In this document: in pieces, positions 38,267 to 48,914 of the stretch
Layout: each line of letters opens with the position of its first letter
Numbering within the stretch: the first letter of the stretch is position 1
Origin: an uncultured archaeon
GTDB taxonomy: Archaea; Altiarchaeota; Altiarchaeia; JAFGQM01
Direction of reading: 5' to 3'
Length of the DNA stretch: 64,000 nt
Assembly (NCBI GenBank): GCA_964619365.1
Contig: CAZUDQ010000007.1
Coordinates: 1 to 64,000 of the forward strand
The notes under the pieces: generated by a model
What the model was told of the DNA's origin: nothing
Database searches by the model: none
Seen by the model: the letters and a program-made list of their open reading frames with translations, nothing else
Position numbers and translations under genes: made by a program

Positions 38267-39541
38267 ATGGGGTTTTTTTCAAGTATTCTTGGTGGTAAGG
38301 AAAAATGTGCCAGACTCTCACTTAGCGTATCTGCGAGAATGGACTTTTCAGAGCTTTCGTCCTGGATAGAGTCCAGCAAGGCCAGTCTTAAGTGCGGTGT
38401 TGAGGAAACGGCTGAGGATGTTGGCAAAAGAGCGCTTCATGCAACTGGTGATATCGAAGAGAAGATAAAATTGCTCGATGGGGAAGAAATAAAAAATAAC
38501 ATCCCCGAACACGCAAAGGATATTGTTAACGGCGCAAAGAGAAACTATTCAAAAACATTAAGGCGAGCCATTGCTATTGTAAGCCCCGAATCAGCCCCAC
38601 TTAAGATTTCAGAAGAGATAAACTCCGCACTTTCCGAGATGAAGGCTGCAGACCTCAAATATGGCGAGCGCGTGAAATTCGGGTATCCAAGTGAAGTTCA
38701 GAAAATCAGGAAGGACTTAAACCGGCTTGTTGGAGCGTCAGACGAGCTTAACACCATGCTTGATGAAAGAAAGCGCATGCTAGTCAAAATTGGTGAGATT
38801 GAAAAGGTCTCTAAAAAGATAGAAGGAACCAGTTCTGAGATTTCCAAACTCGAGTCTGAACGAGATAATGTTAGAAAAGAGCTAAAGGCACTAGGCTCTG
38901 CTAAGAAGTCCAAGGAAGATGGAATTGATGCCGCAGAGCATAGCGACAAGGCAAGAAAGCTTGCTTCACTGGAAGCCGGGCTCACGCGGCTTAACGAGAG
39001 GAAAAGCGAACTTGAAGTCTTTGTCGCAAACATACTTAATCCGCTAAAGCGCGCCTTTAAGAAATTCGCAAGAGCGGTTTCAGAAGGAAAAGCCGAGGGG
39101 ATAAATGTCGAGAGATACGCTGAAGACCCAAGTGGAACCTACCTTTGGGGCGAGCACACCCTTCCTGATCTTCTTGCACATATGCAAAAGGCAATCCAGA
39201 CAGGAATAATTGACTTTGATGCAAACGAAGCTGAGAAGACAATAAGAAAAATCAGGGCGATAAGCTTTTCCTACCTTGAGAAGGCAAGGCTTGAGCATAA
39301 TGAACTTGAGTCAAAGATTAGAACAAGTGAACTTGCTCTTTCAAAACTGGCTGAGGATAACGAAGTGGCACGGCTCTCAGGTGATCTTGAAGGCTTAAAA
39401 TCAAAAATTGCGGGCGAAGAAAGGAAGGAATCAAAGATAACAACCGAGATTGATTCTTTAAAAGAAAGAAAAACATCGGAATTGCATTCTGTCTCCTCAT
39501 TAATATCTGAGCTTACTGGCTCACCTGTTGAGATATACTAG
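38267..39541 (+). CDS. Coiled-coil hypothetical protein
   Basis: Long heptad-rich E/K/L segments, no Walker motif. Confidence 0.7.
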   Translation: MGFFSSILGGKEKCARLSLSVSARMDFSELSSWIESSKASLKCGVEETAEDVGKRALHATGDIEEKIKLLDGEEIKNNIPEHAKDIVNGAKRNYSKTLRRAIAIVSPESAPLKISEEINSALSEMKAADLKYGERVKFGYPSEVQKIRKDLNRLVGASDELNTMLDERKRMLVKIGEIEKVSKKIEGTSSEISKLESERDNVRKELKALGSAKKSKEDGIDAAEHSDKARKLASLEAGLTRLNERKSELEVFVANILNPLKRAFKKFARAVSEGKAEGINVERYAEDPSGTYLWGEHTLPDLLAHMQKAIQTGIIDFDANEAEKTIRKIRAISFSYLEKARLEHNELESKIRTSELALSKLAEDNEVARLSGDLEGLKSKIAGEERKESKITTEIDSLKERKTSELHSVSSLISELTGSPVEIY

Positions 39542-40095
39542 GTTTTCTTCTTCCCCATCCAGATACCAAGCTCCTTAGCGCCGTCTTCTAACTGTCTTGG
39601 CCTCTTCCGTCCAGTTTGAGAAAGCCATCCACTATCACAAAACTCTTTTTGAAGCGTGCTTTCTGCTATCTTTGCCTTGCAGAGGAACTCCCCCAGACCA
39701 CGATTACGTATTATTGAATCCCGTGGGCGGAAAACTCCGGACCAAACTGCCCACACCTTAAAAACGGTATCTGGAAAGCGCCCGCCCCCCATGTCGATTG
39801 CTAGTACATCAAAGTTCTTCTTTAGCGCCCTGACTGCATCAATAGTCTCAAAATAACGGGTATCCCCACAGACAAAGGTTACATTCTCTGGCATCTTGCC
39901 AAGCGGCCCCTTGCCGGCAAAAGCCTCCTTTGCCTGACTTGCCTTATCAACTGCAACGACTTCTTTTGCCACTTTTGCAATCTCGCGCGTGCTGGCACCT
40001 ATGTGTGGGCCTATCTCAAGGACTGTGTCCCCTTCTCTGCATGTCTCTGATATGACTTTATGATAATTATCGCAATCGTAAGTTATAAGGATCAT
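39538..40095 (-). CDS. Class I SAM-dependent methyltransferase
   Basis: VLEIGPHIG, VVAVD, FVCGD, VLAIDMGG. Confidence 0.85.
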   Translation of the reverse strand: MILITYDCDNYHKVISETCREGDTVLEIGPHIGASTREIAKVAKEVVAVDKASQAKEAFAGKGPLGKMPENVTFVCGDTRYFETIDAVRALKKNFDVLAIDMGGGRFPDTVFKVWAVWSGVFRPRDSIIRNRGLGEFLCKAKIAESTLQKEFCDSGWLSQTGRKRPRQLEDGAKELGIWMGKKKT

Positions 40096-40156
40096 CGTTT
40101 AACTTCCACTCAACTCTAAGCTAATTTTAAAGCTTTTAGGGATAAAACTACACGCA

Positions 40157-40330
40157 ATGGGTAAAAAGGCAGTTAATTGTGAGATATGCGGGACCGATAT
40201 TAGTATGGGGCCTCTGGATAAGATAAGGGGAACTTATATAACAAACGGCAAGAAGAAATATGCTGTGTGTCCAGCTTGTCAGAAAGCTGGCGAATCAATA
40301 CTCGCCAAGGAATTCGCAGGGAAAATATAA
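40157..40330 (+). CDS. Small zinc-ribbon protein (57 aa, absent from ORF track)
   Basis: MGKKAVNCEICGTDISMGPLDKIRGTYITNGKKKYAVCPACQKAGESILAKEFAGKI; CxxC...CxxC. Confidence 0.8.
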   Translation: MGKKAVNCEICGTDISMGPLDKIRGTYITNGKKKYAVCPACQKAGESILAKEFAGKI

Positions 40331-40336
40331 CCAAGC

Positions 40337-40621
40337 ATGACAAAAGAAATTGATGATATCGTTCGTCTGCGCGCGCAAATCGACGCAATAGATGCCGCTA
40401 TGCTTGACCTGCTTGCAAAAAGGCGTGATATCGCCCTTGAGATAGCCAAAAACAAACAAACGGCGGGAAAACAAGAGGACGAAAAGCGCGTTGTTGCGAT
40501 TCTTGATAACATCGAGGAGGAAGCAAACAAGCGCGGTCTTGACGGAAGAGCTGTAAGAGATATCTGGCGAAGAGTGATCATGTACATGATAGAAGAGCAG
40601 ATGAAAACTCACCCGTATTAA
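40337..40621 (+). CDS. Chorismate mutase (AroQ type)
   Basis: LRAQIDAIDAAMLDLLAKRRDIA.EIAKNK. Confidence 0.88.
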   Translation: MTKEIDDIVRLRAQIDAIDAAMLDLLAKRRDIALEIAKNKQTAGKQEDEKRVVAILDNIEEEANKRGLDGRAVRDIWRRVIMYMIEEQMKTHPY

Positions 40622-40725
40622 GTAATGGACTCACCAGTAAATAAAGGGGTTCTATTTCATAACCACCAAACGGTGACAAAAAGACAAAGCTTTTTATCCC
40701 CTCACATTCAAATTCAATTACAAAA

Positions 40726-41523
40726 ATGAAGACTCCAGCTCTATTTGCAATAATATCTATTGCTGTTTTGGCATTAAGTGGTCTTGTTGCTGCAACTTGT
40801 CCAGGCACAAGCGGAGATTGGGCAGATGACACTTATACCCACTATGACTGTGTCCTTTTGAAACCCTCAGAGGGTTATGAAATTGACTATTCTAACTTGA
40901 GTGTACACGAAGTTAATGCTATTGAAGGTGACGAACTTTACATTTACTGCACTAAGACTGATAACATTGGTACAAAAACCGAAAATCCGTTATCTAGTGC
41001 ATATGTGGGTATACAGGGTTATGATGAATTTGAATTCTTAGTGTTTGACGAATCTGGAAGTACTGATAAAAACGGCATTTTTAAATTCAGTCCACCATAC
41101 CCTGGAAGTTATAGGATTATAATTAATGAGTGTGATTATGATTCAATCTTAAAAGTTTCGCCCCGTCCGATAATCTGTGGAGACGATATCTGCGAAGGCG
41201 ATGAACACTGGGGTACTTGCCCAGAGGACTGTGACTCAGGAGCTGATGACACTTATTGCGACATGGTCGAAGACGGAATCTGCGACCCTGACTGTGATGA
41301 GATAACAGACATAGACTGCAAAGAGGTTGTAGTAGTTGAGGAGGAAGTTGTCATAGTATCACGCGGACCGACAGGAGCCATTGTTGCAAGCGAACTGACT
41401 TTACTTGAAACAGAAGCAAATGAGGGTGGAATCCTTAGTTTCTTAAGAGGCATTGGAAGCCCTGTTGCAAAGCAGGAGGCTTCAGGCTTAATGCTCTTTT
41501 TGATGGGCTTTTTCGGCGGATAA
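40726..41523 (+). CDS. Secreted Cys-rich acidic protein
   Basis: Signal peptide; CGDDICEGDEHWGTCPEDC..DTYCD..EDGICDPDC; PTGAIV; amphipathic C-terminus. Confidence 0.75.
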   Translation: MKTPALFAIISIAVLALSGLVAATCPGTSGDWADDTYTHYDCVLLKPSEGYEIDYSNLSVHEVNAIEGDELYIYCTKTDNIGTKTENPLSSAYVGIQGYDEFEFLVFDESGSTDKNGIFKFSPPYPGSYRIIINECDYDSILKVSPRPIICGDDICEGDEHWGTCPEDCDSGADDTYCDMVEDGICDPDCDEITDIDCKEVVVVEEEVVIVSRGPTGAIVASELTLLETEANEGGILSFLRGIGSPVAKQEASGLMLFLMGFFGG

Positions 41524-41549
41524 GTGTTTTTCCGCGCGCGTCTTATATT

Positions 41550-41927
41550 TTACTTATAGACTTCTTTTGGGTCAAAGACTTTTTGACCTATAATCTTTAA
41601 ATCGTCTAGCTTGCGGTAAAAACAGCTGGAGTAGCCCATGTGGCAGGCGCCGCCCGTTATGGAACAGATGTAAAGCAGCGCATCAGCGTCGCAGTCAACA
41701 CGCGCCTCACGGACTTTCATGACGTTCCCCGACTCTTCGCCTTTTTTCCAAAGCTTGTTTTTGGATGTCGAGAAAAAATACATCTCGCCGGAGTCTTTTG
41801 TGAGATTGAATGCCTCCTTGTTTTGAAAAGCAGTCATTGCGACTTCCCCCGAGTCTTCGTTTTGAACTATAGCTAAGACTAGCTCTGTCCCGTCGATATT
41901 CCGTTTCTTTAAGTCTTTCCAGTCCAT
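41550..41927 (-). CDS. hisI: Phosphoribosyl-AMP cyclohydrolase
   Basis: LWKKGEESGN, DCDADAL, GACHMGYSSCF. Confidence 0.96.
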   Translation of the reverse strand: MDWKDLKKRNIDGTELVLAIVQNEDSGEVAMTAFQNKEAFNLTKDSGEMYFFSTSKNKLWKKGEESGNVMKVREARVDCDADALLYICSITGGACHMGYSSCFYRKLDDLKIIGQKVFDPKEVYK

Positions 41928-41970
41928 AGGTATAGTTTATCTGCTAATTGTTATAAAACCTGGGATAGAA

Positions 41971-42417
41971 CTAAATCCTTAAGTTAAAGATTATAACTTT
42001 CTGTCCGTCAAGAATCCCATCCGAGTCCTTCTCAAATCCGGATGAGATAAAGAACTTTTGCGCACTGGAATTTTCAGCCTTGACTTTTGACACGGCCACT
42101 TTTGCGCCAAGTGCTTTTGAATAATCAAGAGTATGCTTAAGGAGCGCCTTTGCAATGCCTTTCTTGCGCAAAAACCCCTCTACACCAACGGGTCCGATTT
42201 CGATAAACGGCAGGTGCTCATAGTTTACTCCGCAAAAGCCGACTAAGAGTGAATCCTCCTCTGCAACAAACATGGAAAAGCGAGGATGAATCGACATCTG
42301 TATCAGAAAATCCGGGTTTACCGGGTACTGGAAATGCTCAAGGTTCTTGTTGCTTAGCTCGGCAAGCGCCACTGCGTCTTTTGGCAAGAATTCGCGGATA
42401 GTGTAGTCCTTAGGCAT
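41971..42417 (-). CDS. GNAT-family acetyltransferase
   Basis: LVGF, RKKGIAKALL, N..AQKFF...GF. Confidence 0.88.
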   Translation of the reverse strand: MPKDYTIREFLPKDAVALAELSNKNLEHFQYPVNPDFLIQMSIHPRFSMFVAEEDSLLVGFCGVNYEHLPFIEIGPVGVEGFLRKKGIAKALLKHTLDYSKALGAKVAVSKVKAENSSAQKFFISSGFEKDSDGILDGQKVIIFNLRI

Positions 42418-42418
42418 T

Positions 42419-43204
42419 TTAGAGCCTCATGGGGATTCCTTCTTTTGAGAGGTACTCCTTAACGTCTTTTATCGAGTATTCCCCAAAGTGGAATATTGAT
42501 GCGGCAAGAGCAGCATCGGCCTTTCCTTCCTTAAGGGCTGCGGCAAGGTGTGCAGGTTCTCCCGCGCCGCCTGAAGCGATGACTGGGATTGATACGGCCT
42601 CGGATATTGCGCGCGTGAGTTCTAGGTCATAACCTGTTTTTACCCCGTCAGTATCCATTGATGTAAGGAGTATTTCGCCTGCTCCAAGCCGCTCAGCTTC
42701 CTTAGCCCATCCCAAAGCGTCAATACCAGTGTCTTCGCGCCCACCGTAAATCCAGACGTTCCATCCAGGACCTTCCTTGGGGGTTACATCGCGCCTTTTG
42801 GCATCAATTGCAACGACGATGCACTGATCGCCAAACTTCCTTGAGCCTTCACTAATTAGCTTTGGGTTCTTTATTGCAGCAGTATTTATCGAGGTTTTAT
42901 CTGCTCCTGCGCGAAGGGCTCGCTCCATATCAGTTACAGTCCTAATCCCGCCGCCAAGCGTTACCGGAACAAAAACACGCTCAGTTGTGCGCTTAAGGAC
43001 GTCCCACATAGCCTCACGGCGCTCGTGGCTTGCAGTAATATCAAGAAAGGTGATTTCGTCAGCGCCTTCATTATAATAGAACTCTGCGCGCTCTACAGGG
43101 TCGCCCGCGTAGCGAATCTCCTTAAACTTTACCCCCTTGACAACGCGCCCGCCAGGAACCGAAAGGTCGCAATCAAGACAAGGGATTATCCTTTTTTTAA
43201 GCAT
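42419..43204 (-). CDS. hisF: Imidazole glycerol phosphate synthase cyclase subunit
   Basis: [43 protein letters not shown]. Confidence 0.97.
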   Translation of the reverse strand: MLKKRIIPCLDCDLSVPGGRVVKGVKFKEIRYAGDPVERAEFYYNEGADEITFLDITASHERREAMWDVLKRTTERVFVPVTLGGGIRTVTDMERALRAGADKTSINTAAIKNPKLISEGSRKFGDQCIVVAIDAKRRDVTPKEGPGWNVWIYGGREDTGIDALGWAKEAERLGAGEILLTSMDTDGVKTGYDLELTRAISEAVSIPVIASGGAGEPAHLAAALKEGKADAALAASIFHFGEYSIKDVKEYLSKEGIPMRL

Positions 43205-43251
43205 CTTAAAAACAGCGTCTATTTTTGTCCTTTTGGAGATAAAACTAAGTA

Positions 43252-44943
43252 ATGGCAAGGCCGAAGGCTAAAAAGAGTGGGAATGCACCCAAAAAACTAC
43301 AAAATCGGGCAAGAGTAGTTAGTTTGGATGGGGTATTCAGGCGCGCTGGAAAAACCGCGCCATTCAAGAACTCGTTGACCTTCAGAGAGGCACTTAGAAA
43401 AGACTTAACACGATCTGTTGATGAGATTGAGCGACATGGCAGTGTAGATCAAGAACAATTACCGATAGGTCTTGCTACATCTCTAGAAACTAAGCGAAGG
43501 ATTAGGGTTGTAGAAGAGAATGCAGCCAATGATACATGGATAAAAAATATGAAAGATGGGCAACATCCTTATCGAAAAAATAAAAGGACACTCTTGCCCG
43601 AAACTGGCATAGTGAAAATAAATGGCCAGGAGCATTATACGACAGGAAAAATCATATCTATGGCGGGCTCAAATTCTCCGTTTAAATCTCCCCAAGAACT
43701 CACGGAATATATCCGAAGGCTTCGACTCCGTACAGAAAAGCTTTCAGGCGGTGAATTCCGTCCATTAGGCTTGCCAAAGCTAAATGGTGTTAAAAACTAT
43801 TCCAAAGGCAAACGAAAAAACGCAGGGCTTGTTGTTGAGGGGAAAAAGGCTAAGAAATGGATTTTAAAGTTGTCCCAGGGCGTTAATCCCTTAAATTCTA
43901 AAGAGGCGCTTCCAGGTAGATGGAAAAACTCCAACGGTGAAAAATATAGTACATTAAGTCATGCCGAAAAAGGGACTAATATACCTCATGACACTATGAG
44001 GGGGGCAGTATTAAGACATTTTGACAGCACTAGAACCCTTCCGGAAGGTGTTGAGGAAGTAAACTGGGGCAAGACTAAGATTTTTTTGATATCTGACGGA
44101 AGACTTGCTTTATGGGGGGAAAGATATTCTGCCGGGATGAATCTAATAAAACCTGGAGAAAAGATTAAGGCTCAGGCTCAGTTTGTTGATGAAAACGGTA
44201 AAAAAATCTGGAAAGATGCAATTAGGCTAAGGGATACTGGTGAAGTTACTGGGGGAGTTTTAAGTAGAGATAGTGTAGCTTCTGCAATAAAGGGGGAGAG
44301 AATACCAAAAAGGTATATAGGTAGAAATAGTCTTTTTCCTAGGATGAAGTTCGTAGATAAAAAATATCTTGAAGATAGTGCAGAAAGGAAGAAAAATGGC
44401 AAACTTCCATATCATATTGAACAGAAAAATATTTCTCTTGTTTCAAAAAATTCAGGGGAAAAGTTTCGGCCCGTCTCCAATATTAAGGAACTCAGCAACG
44501 GCCACATAAAGAACTCGAAAGAATTCAATCTACTACGACGAAGAGGTAGAATACCAGATAGCGAAGTCATAGAGTATAAGGATGGAGGGAAAAGGTTAGC
44601 CATTTCAGAAAGATTTCTAAGCCTTATGACACAAAGAGATAAAAGGGGATTAACTTCAGTTCCGACAAAGGCTGAGATAGAACTGCACGGGCATGGAATG
44701 AGTGATGTTGGAAGCCCAGAATGGGCAAAGGATAACAAGGGCGCATTCAAGCAGTATATTGAATTGGAATCTGCCATAAAAGCCAATAATCTGGGACCTG
44801 CTGAACTAAAGCGAAATCTAAGGGAAAGAAACAAGCTCCTAGAGGATATGGGACTAAACTTAAACAACAATAGGCGTGACCCAGATGAAGTTATACTTCA
44901 AGGCCTGAATTTTTTAAGGGACTCTGAAAATCTAACAACTTAG
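43252..44943 (+). CDS. Large basic orphan protein with possible repeated HTH-like modules
   Basis: 563 aa, K/R-rich; C-terminal GSPEWA...P.E..L.GL..LR block shared with the next gene. Confidence 0.7.
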   Translation: MARPKAKKSGNAPKKLQNRARVVSLDGVFRRAGKTAPFKNSLTFREALRKDLTRSVDEIERHGSVDQEQLPIGLATSLETKRRIRVVEENAANDTWIKNMKDGQHPYRKNKRTLLPETGIVKINGQEHYTTGKIISMAGSNSPFKSPQELTEYIRRLRLRTEKLSGGEFRPLGLPKLNGVKNYSKGKRKNAGLVVEGKKAKKWILKLSQGVNPLNSKEALPGRWKNSNGEKYSTLSHAEKGTNIPHDTMRGAVLRHFDSTRTLPEGVEEVNWGKTKIFLISDGRLALWGERYSAGMNLIKPGEKIKAQAQFVDENGKKIWKDAIRLRDTGEVTGGVLSRDSVASAIKGERIPKRYIGRNSLFPRMKFVDKKYLEDSAERKKNGKLPYHIEQKNISLVSKNSGEKFRPVSNIKELSNGHIKNSKEFNLLRRRGRIPDSEVIEYKDGGKRLAISERFLSLMTQRDKRGLTSVPTKAEIELHGHGMSDVGSPEWAKDNKGAFKQYIELESAIKANNLGPAELKRNLRERNKLLEDMGLNLNNNRRDPDEVILQGLNFLRDSENLTT

Positions 44944-45070
44944 TTGGAGAAAGAAAACCTCTAAGGGCCAATCCTATTTTGTTATTTAGTGCTTGTCTTT
45001 TTGAGTCTATTTTTCTTCTTTTAGAGATAAATGTACATAACAACGTTGCCCATGTTCTCAAGTAAAAATA

Positions 45071-45808
45071 ATGAAATTTAATCGGCATAAACCTGGAATC
45101 TGGCTCAATGAAAAGGGCATTAAACATTATTCTGTTAAGGAGGCAAGCAAGGTATCAGGCGTTCCAAATACCAAGCTGAATAATAAGATCCAAGGTAGCA
45201 AGCAAAAAGAAGGGAAACTCCCGGCTAACGTCCATCAGATTCAGACGAATGGGCGTCGGTCCCTATATGTCATTAACGAAAATGAGCTCACCTTGTGGAA
45301 AAGTGAACATGAGGCAAGCATCAAGCGCTTAAAACAACGGGCTGAGAAGAAAGCTCTTGACGAAACAAAACGTAAAGATAAGTTGGTCAGAAAAGCGACT
45401 GTTTCAGGGATTCGGGCAGCATTTAAGTCAGATGCTGCGCATAATGAGCTTGCACGTACTGATAGGACCCTTTCCAAACGGTCCCTTGAAATAGCTAAGG
45501 CGCGCATTAGTTACAAGGTTCCTTCGTTTCTAAGCCCAAGAGAAATCGTCAATAGGCACCCAGGGAGCCCGGAATGGGCCGAATTACATGAAGAAAACAT
45601 TCCTCGATTATTGGAAACCAATAAGAAGGTACATGAATTATCCCTCAGACTCAACAAAACGCACGATGAAAAGATTAAAGTGGAATTAAATGGGATGATG
45701 GAAAAGCAGGAAAAACTCCAGCAACATATGAATCTTTCCAGTAGTAATGAGAATCCTAGTGAGATTGCCCTCAGTGGGCTAAAAGCTCTACGAATGAAAA
45801 ATAATTAA
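45071..45808 (+). CDS. Basic orphan with Xis/MerR-like HTH and shared C-terminal domain
   Basis: HYSVKEASKVSGV....L...I....GKLPA N-terminus; GSPEWA C-terminal block. Confidence 0.7.
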   Translation: MKFNRHKPGIWLNEKGIKHYSVKEASKVSGVPNTKLNNKIQGSKQKEGKLPANVHQIQTNGRRSLYVINENELTLWKSEHEASIKRLKQRAEKKALDETKRKDKLVRKATVSGIRAAFKSDAAHNELARTDRTLSKRSLEIAKARISYKVPSFLSPREIVNRHPGSPEWAELHEENIPRLLETNKKVHELSLRLNKTHDEKIKVELNGMMEKQEKLQQHMNLSSSNENPSEIALSGLKALRMKNN

Positions 45809-45888
45809 ATAAGAGCAGTCTATGTTTTTTAGACCGCCCTTCAAAATATACGCTTAGTATTACTAGACTTAAGCGGGTGGAAAAGTAA

Positions 45889-46482
45889 ATGGATAAGAAA
45901 AAGATTCTTGAGGCTCTTGCTTCGGCTGGCGTCGTTCGTTTTGGCGAATTCACTTTAGTTTCAGGTGACAAAAGTCCGATATACGTTGATATGAGGATTC
46001 TGCCATCTTATCCAAAAGAGTTTGACACTATAACCAGCGCTCTTGCCGACGAGGCAAAAGACAAAGGGACTGAAATCCTGTGTGGTATGGAAACAGCCGG
46101 GATTCCGCTTGCCGCCGCAATGGCTGTCAAAGCAAAGCTTCCCATGGTATACATCCGGAAGAAGCCAAAGGATTATGGCACAAAATCACGTATTGAAGGG
46201 ATTATCGGTGAAGGTAAAAAAGCGCTTCTTGTTGACGACTTGATAACGCGCGGGACAAGTAAATTAAGCTTTATTGACCCTGTAAAGGACTCAGGAGCCG
46301 AACTTATCGGCGCAATTGTAATACTTGACCGTGAACAGGGTGGGGAAGACGTCATGATGGAAAAGGGCGTAAGCCTCTATAAGCTTGTGACGCTAAAAGA
46401 GCTTCTTTCCTATATGCTTGAGAAAAAACTAATGACGGAAAAGCAATATGAAGAAGTGATGCAATATTTAAGTTCAAATTAA
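45889..46482 (+). CDS. pyrE: Orotate phosphoribosyltransferase
   Basis: FGEFTLVSG..SPIYVD, RKKPKDYG, LLVDDLITRG. Confidence 0.93.
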   Translation: MDKKKILEALASAGVVRFGEFTLVSGDKSPIYVDMRILPSYPKEFDTITSALADEAKDKGTEILCGMETAGIPLAAAMAVKAKLPMVYIRKKPKDYGTKSRIEGIIGEGKKALLVDDLITRGTSKLSFIDPVKDSGAELIGAIVILDREQGGEDVMMEKGVSLYKLVTLKELLSYMLEKKLMTEKQYEEVMQYLSSN

Positions 46483-46498
46483 TTAATCGCATCTAAAA

Positions 46499-47497
46499 AT
46501 GAAATCGGCAAGCGCTTATGTGATAGGCGGCTCGGGATATACAGGAGGGGAACTCCTGCGAATGCTTGGAGAGCATCCGAATATCGGCGAGATTTTTGTC
46601 AGCTCGCGCTCTTTAATCGGAAGGGACGCAAGCGAAATCCATCGCGGACTCCCGCCGGGACTTTCCTTTGAGGATTTCGACGCAAGTAAGGCTGACTCCT
46701 GCGACTTTGTTTTTACATGCACGCCACACACAAAGGCAATGGAATTCTCAAAAAATATAAAAAAAGCAAAGATAGTCGACCTTTCAGCAGACTTCCGTTT
46801 AAAGGACTACAAAATCTATGAGGATACATATAAGGTCAAACACAGCGCTAAAGAACTTCTCGGCGAGGCAGTATACGGCCTTCCGGAGATTCACCGAAAG
46901 GAGATAAAAAAGGCGCGCATTGTAGCAAATCCCGGCTGTCTTGCATCAGGTGCCATACTTGCGTTATATCCTCTTGCAAAAGAATTCGGGGCAACAATAG
47001 AACGTGTGGTAATAGACTCAAAGACGGGAATTTCCGGAGCTGGAAAGGAGGCAACTGATGACACTCATTTTGCATGGGTAAACGAAAATGTGCGCCCATA
47101 TCAGGTCACATGTCACCGTCACGTACCTGAAATCGAGCAGGAGTGTGGCATGGGAGTCCATTTCACGCCTCACGTCGTACCTTTGACGCGCGGAATACAG
47201 ACTACGCTTCATGTGTTTACCGAAGCTGATGATGTCGCGATAATTGAGGCGTATGAAAAAGCCTATGCAAACGAGCCGTTCACACGCGTGACAAAATACA
47301 TACCGACGCCCCTTGAAGTGCGTGGCAGCAATAACTGCCTTGTCGGAGGGTTTGCACGGGATTGCGAGCGTTTCCTAGTCTTTTCTGCAATGGATAACCT
47401 TGTAAAAGGCGCTTCAGGCCAGGCAATCCAGAACATGAACATCATGGCTGGCTGGGATGAGACTCTAGGACTTGAGACCTGCGGACTTTGTCCATAA
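46499..47497 (+). CDS. argC: N-acetyl-gamma-glutamyl-phosphate reductase (ArgC/LysY family)
   Basis: GGSGYTGGELLR, DLSADFR, ANPGC, DNLVKGASGQAIQNMN. Confidence 0.93.
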   Translation: MKSASAYVIGGSGYTGGELLRMLGEHPNIGEIFVSSRSLIGRDASEIHRGLPPGLSFEDFDASKADSCDFVFTCTPHTKAMEFSKNIKKAKIVDLSADFRLKDYKIYEDTYKVKHSAKELLGEAVYGLPEIHRKEIKKARIVANPGCLASGAILALYPLAKEFGATIERVVIDSKTGISGAGKEATDDTHFAWVNENVRPYQVTCHRHVPEIEQECGMGVHFTPHVVPLTRGIQTTLHVFTEADDVAIIEAYEKAYANEPFTRVTKYIPTPLEVRGSNNCLVGGFARDCERFLVFSAMDNLVKGASGQAIQNMNIMAGWDETLGLETCGLCP

Positions 47498-47575
47498 ACT
47501 ATATTAGTTAAGGTTCAAAGATAGTTGAAGCTTATTTATATAATATCCGCAGATATCTTACATGAGAAAAATAAG

Positions 47576-48898
47576 ATGGACTCTAAATCTATCATGGCTC
47601 TTGCCTGCGTGAGCGCTCTAGTTTTTGTAATGGGTGTCTCAGCAAGCGAGGTCGAAACAAAGGTCGGGGAAGTTATAGTATATCCCCAGTCAGTGTCCTT
47701 AATCAAGGAGACAGGGACTACTGGAACGGGAACGCAGTTTTTGACAAAAGTAAACGGCAATGCATATATTGATTCCCTAAGAATAGTTGGGGCAAGTGAA
47801 ATATCGATTATGACTCCGGAATGGATGAGCCAGAGTATATCTGAGCAGATTCTTAGTCAGTTAATCGGAGAGCAGGTTACTGTTGGCAACAACTCAGGGA
47901 CACTTAAGTGGACAAAAAGCTCATGGGTTGGTTTGTTATCCCCAGTCGGCTTTATCTCAATGCCACTAAGTTCTGATGATATAACATCAATCGGCGAGAT
48001 TGCCGAGCCAAAGAATTATAAGGATGCAAAATATGATGTAAACTGGCTTGGAAGCGCAAACAGCCCGGTTGCAATGAGCTACCTTTCAAGCGGCCTTTCA
48101 TGGGAGCCAATCTATTTCCTTGACGCAACAGAAACAGGAGCCTCGCGCTTTGAGTTCTGGGCTGAAGTTGATAACACCCTAGAAGACCTTGATGCGACAA
48201 TCAAGCTTGTCGGTGGTGAGATAAACGTTTACAACACTGGAAGCAACAGGGCTTCGATGGACTATGATGACGGAATGTACTACGCTGAAGCCGCAATGGC
48301 TCCAAGTCCAAAGATGGGAGGAGGCAGCGCACCTACAGTCTCGACAAGTGGAGAATATGAGGTCTATGACCTTGGCAAGCGCGCGCTTTTAAAGGATGAA
48401 AGCCGCCTGGTTTCAATCTTTGCCGGAGCTGTAAACCCAGTGCGTGAATATGTCTGGGATACCTATAGCAGCGATGTGGAGAGGAACTATAAAATTGAAA
48501 ACACGGGCCGCGCGTGGCCGGCAGGTACAGTCAAAGTCTATGAGAACGGAATGCTCATGGGCGAAGACTCGATTAGCTGGACAGCAAAAGGCGCTGATGC
48601 CGATATTGTAATAGGGAACGCTCCAGACATAGTTGTCGAGAAGAAGACAGATTCTTCAAACGTCAACAAACGCGACCTTGGAAGCGATGACTACGGTTAC
48701 AAAGTGACTTTAAGCATCGAGAACAACAAGGCGCAGTCGGTGATAGTCTCAGTTACAGACCACATCCCAAGTTATATCATGGAAGGCACACTAACAATTC
48801 CGGCAGAGCTCGAACAGGCTCCAGGAAACGAACTAGTTGGCAATGTGACTGTTGGGTCAGGGCAGACAAAAGAGATTGTATACACATACATGACATAA
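47576..48898 (+). CDS. DUF4139-family secreted protein
   Basis: Signal peptide; SYLSSGLSWEPIY, PAGTVKVY, VTDHIP patterns. Confidence 0.8.
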   Translation: MDSKSIMALACVSALVFVMGVSASEVETKVGEVIVYPQSVSLIKETGTTGTGTQFLTKVNGNAYIDSLRIVGASEISIMTPEWMSQSISEQILSQLIGEQVTVGNNSGTLKWTKSSWVGLLSPVGFISMPLSSDDITSIGEIAEPKNYKDAKYDVNWLGSANSPVAMSYLSSGLSWEPIYFLDATETGASRFEFWAEVDNTLEDLDATIKLVGGEINVYNTGSNRASMDYDDGMYYAEAAMAPSPKMGGGSAPTVSTSGEYEVYDLGKRALLKDESRLVSIFAGAVNPVREYVWDTYSSDVERNYKIENTGRAWPAGTVKVYENGMLMGEDSISWTAKGADADIVIGNAPDIVVEKKTDSSNVNKRDLGSDDYGYKVTLSIENNKAQSVIVSVTDHIPSYIMEGTLTIPAELEQAPGNELVGNVTVGSGQTKEIVYTYMT

Positions 48899-48914
48899 GC
48901 ATCGGCTCTAAAAC

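Noticed and set aside
38267-39541. SMC/Rad50-like call for the coiled-coil protein
   Set aside because: No Walker A/B or signature motifs.
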